This document shows positions 60,978-64,000 of a stretch of DNA of 64,000 bases, piece by piece. Below the pieces are notes generated by a model, which was not told the origin of the DNA, did not search any database, and worked only from the letters and a program-made list of their open reading frames with translations. Position 1 is the first letter of the stretch. Every line of letters begins with the position of its first letter. Origin of the DNA: Octopus vulgaris. Its lineage: Eukaryota. Position numbers and translations under genes: made by a program. The DNA lies in the NCBI GenBank assembly GCA_951406725.2, contig OX597817.1:106268001-106332000 (forward strand), in the 5' to 3' direction.

Positions 60978-62394
60978 TAATCACATCATGCAAGTCTTGA
61001 AGCCACAAAATAATGCATGATTAATTCAAAAACAACGTGAATAAACAAGTATTATATTTGACAGAGTAATCCAAATGTTAAAGGATTGAAATGAGTCAGT
61101 TATATCTCATAAAATTGGTTCTTGGATTTCAGGAGCTTTGAATGGAATTAAATGTAATATTGGATTAAGATACTACATATTGAATGTAGGTATGACATAA
61201 GTATGAATGTGTAATTTGAAAAGAGTAGCAGAAAGGCAAAAAAAGAAAATTGAGACCATTTAAAAGTTTGAACATAGGTATGACATCCTGAGTAATAACC
61301 ATCCAGACAACCAGACAATGCTTCATTAGATGAAACCATATTTAAAAATGAAAACATTAAAGAGTAATGTACATCAAATATGTTGTATAAGGAAAACAAT
61401 TTGAGACAATAATGAACATTATTATGACAGCAAGTAATGGAGATAATTCTGAGAAATTTTACCTTAGGTTAAAGTTCATCAAGATTGCTGAGATCAGTGA
61501 CTGACACTATTAACGCTGTTAACATTCCACCCAAACTGTGACAAAATAATACTTGTGGAAAAGAGATGCATACAAAGATAGAATTAATGTAGTGATTAAT
61601 GAGGGGTTTGAATACAATATGACTGACAGGAGAAGGTGAGACAAGTGAATAGAGAGTGTCTGACTGGAGTTGAACTTAATTGAAATCATGAACTCCATCA
61701 TTGTTCCTACCACTTCTGGCCATCACTTTACCATTCCAAATCCTTCAAATCCATTTGAAGAACCTGTGACCAAACCAATTATGGAGCCTCTATATAGTTG
61801 CTCAACCTGCTAAAGATAACAACTAAATTTCTTTTAATCATATTCTATTGTGTTATATGAGGACGGAAAACATTAAATAATATAGTCCAACATAACCCAC
61901 AAAAGACAGAGTGGTCATGGCCAGAATAACTTTGACCATAGGTTTGTTTGATTAAGGTTGACCTGGGGTTAAAAACAACTACAATAATGTTAAGTTTTTT
62001 TCATTCCTTATGGTATCTGAAATTATTTATTTTTATAAACTAACCCCATGGGATTTACATGGGAAATAATCATTTCATCATATTGAAACTATTATTTCCC
62101 TTCCAATAACTGTGACCATCTCCTGTCCTATTGGATTTACTAATTTGGGGGAATAATCCTTTCTACTATAGGTTTAAGGCCTGAAATTTTGAGGGATGGG
62201 GGCTAGTCATTTACATTGACTTAAGTGCTCAACTGCTAATTATTTCATCTGCCCCACAATAGGCAACGTCAACCTCAGCAAAATTTGAACTTAAAACATG
62301 AAGCTAGAAGAAATGCTGCAAACATTTTACCCAGCATGCCAACAATTCTGCCAGCTCGCTGCCTTAATAATATTGAAATACTAACAAGTAATTA

Positions 62395-62959
62395 TTGGGT
62401 TGTCCAGAAAGTTTGTGCCGATTTATAGTAGCTTACCTTTCGACTTATTTTAGAACATGGTTGAGCCCATAAAATAGGATTTGACTACACCTCCATTTAG
62501 AGCACAGTTTAAGCTATCTTTTCCTGGAGAAGGTTTATGTTCCTATAACCTGTGTTAATTCTGTAACCCTTTCAAATGGAAGATAAGAAAGTTCATTTTC
62601 GGCAGTTGATGCTTTGGGAACCAGACAAAAATTGCTGCAGCTCGGCTGGGATGTGTTACCCCACCCTCCATATTCACCAGATATTGCTCCTTCAGATTTC
62701 CACTTATTCAGGTCTCTGCAGAATAGTCTTAATGGTAAAAATTTCAATTCCTTGAATGACATGAAAAATTATCTTGATGAATTCTTTGCCATGAAACCAC
62801 CTCAATTCTGGGAAGAGGGTATTTTCAAGTTAAAGGGAAGCTGGAGATGCATTGTGCAACAAAATAGTTCATATTTGGTTGATTAAGAATGAAATGGCAA
62901 GTATTTATTGGCTCTTTTCTTTCCTTTAAAAATCAGCACGAACTTTCCGGAAAACCCAA
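62395..62959 (+). mobile_element. Internally deleted mariner element with both TIRs
   Basis: TA|ttgggttgtccagaaagtttgtgccgattt ... aaatcagcacgaactttccggaaaacccaa|TA. The N-terminus MEDKKVHFR (62576) is joined out of frame to the C-terminus LGWDVLPHPPYSPDIAPSDFHLFRSL (DD34D third Asp). Confidence 0.93.
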
Positions 62960-64000
62960 TATATATTTAACATATGTCTGAGTGCATTTGGATATGAGAA
63001 GACCTTCCACTAGGGAAATAGAACATTCTTCTCTTAGGCTCAAGGGAAAATTTATCTTGAGCTGTAAATGATGTCATTGGATCATAGGATACATGCATTC
63101 TTGCATTCTTTTGCTTCATCAACTACGGACACCAAATCTGTCAGCCACAGCCCAATAAGAATGGAATTATTATTATCAAAACAGCAAATGTGGTGAGCTG
63201 GCTGAATCATTAGCATACTGGGCAAAATGCTTAGCAGTATTTTGTCCATAATTACGTTCTGGGTTCAAATGCTGTTGGGATCAACTTTGCCTTTCATCCT
63301 TTTGGGGTGGATAAAATAAGTGCCAGTTGAACACTGGGAACAATTTATCCCCTTCCCCCAAATTTCTGAACTTATGCCAAAACTTGCAGTCATTATTACT
63401 AAAACAACTGACATGTTAGCTGACATGCCTAAAGCTTCATTAAGCTAGAATTAAGTAAACAATGTTGCACAAAGCAATACTGAATAAAATATATTCATGG
63501 TATTGTCATATTTAACATGTTAAATGAATACACTTGTTTCAATACTGCGTCATGCAACATTATTTATATAGAAATAATAACATTTAAGAATTACTATGAA
63601 GATATTTGGTCACACCCACAGGGCAGAGTAGTATGACATTACTTGTCATAAAATTAGTTGCTAACTTCAGCTTATCTTGTTGCATTTGGTTTCTGTTTCC
63701 TTCCATCGTTAGATACAAATTTAATGTTTTACTCTCATTTCACCTCTTTATAAGATGAATAAACAACTGTTACAGATAGGCAAGAATCTAGTATAGTATC
63801 AGGGTTAGATAAAATTTGATATACGAAAATTTAGACACATTACACTCAGGAATATAATATAAAATTGGACAATTATATAAGGAGTGTAGATGGAAGAGCA
63901 TTGTAGAAAATGAAAGAGAGTAGTATATTTTAGATTAAAAAAGAACTTTGTTTATCTTAATTTTGAAAAATAATGAAGTATAGAAAATGCATTATTTATG

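Overview
AT-rich, repeat-saturated eukaryotic non-coding DNA. The SINE, RTE-tail and microsatellite repertoire resembles octopus (coleoid cephalopod) genomic DNA; this is inferred from recognition of the repeats, not from a database search. No intact host CDS is evident, and nearly all listed ORFs are microsatellite or transposon artefacts. Recognisable decayed transposon coding fragments are a Merlin (IS1016/ISXO2-like) transposase (1-864), RTE LINEs, a hAT transposase with TTF zinc finger, Tc1 and mariner deletion derivatives, a Helitron Rep-helicase, a Gypsy protease/RT start and CR1/Jockey-like RTs. MITEs (piggyBac-, Charlie-, Tc2- and Merlin-like) and tRNA-derived SINEs are abundant. The main observations are: (i) a candidate 15-nt microexon between a strong U2 acceptor and a perfect U12-type donor (12120-12143); (ii) a candidate recursive-splicing AG|GT ratchet point (47329/47330); (iii) minimal hammerhead-ribozyme-like motifs in Penelope-like terminal fragments; (iv) a Merlin-like foldback MITE nested in another, both with 8-bp TSDs; and (v) a CpG-retaining domain at about 40.5-53.7 kb. 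Coordinates were read by eye, and boundaries of old repeats are approximate.
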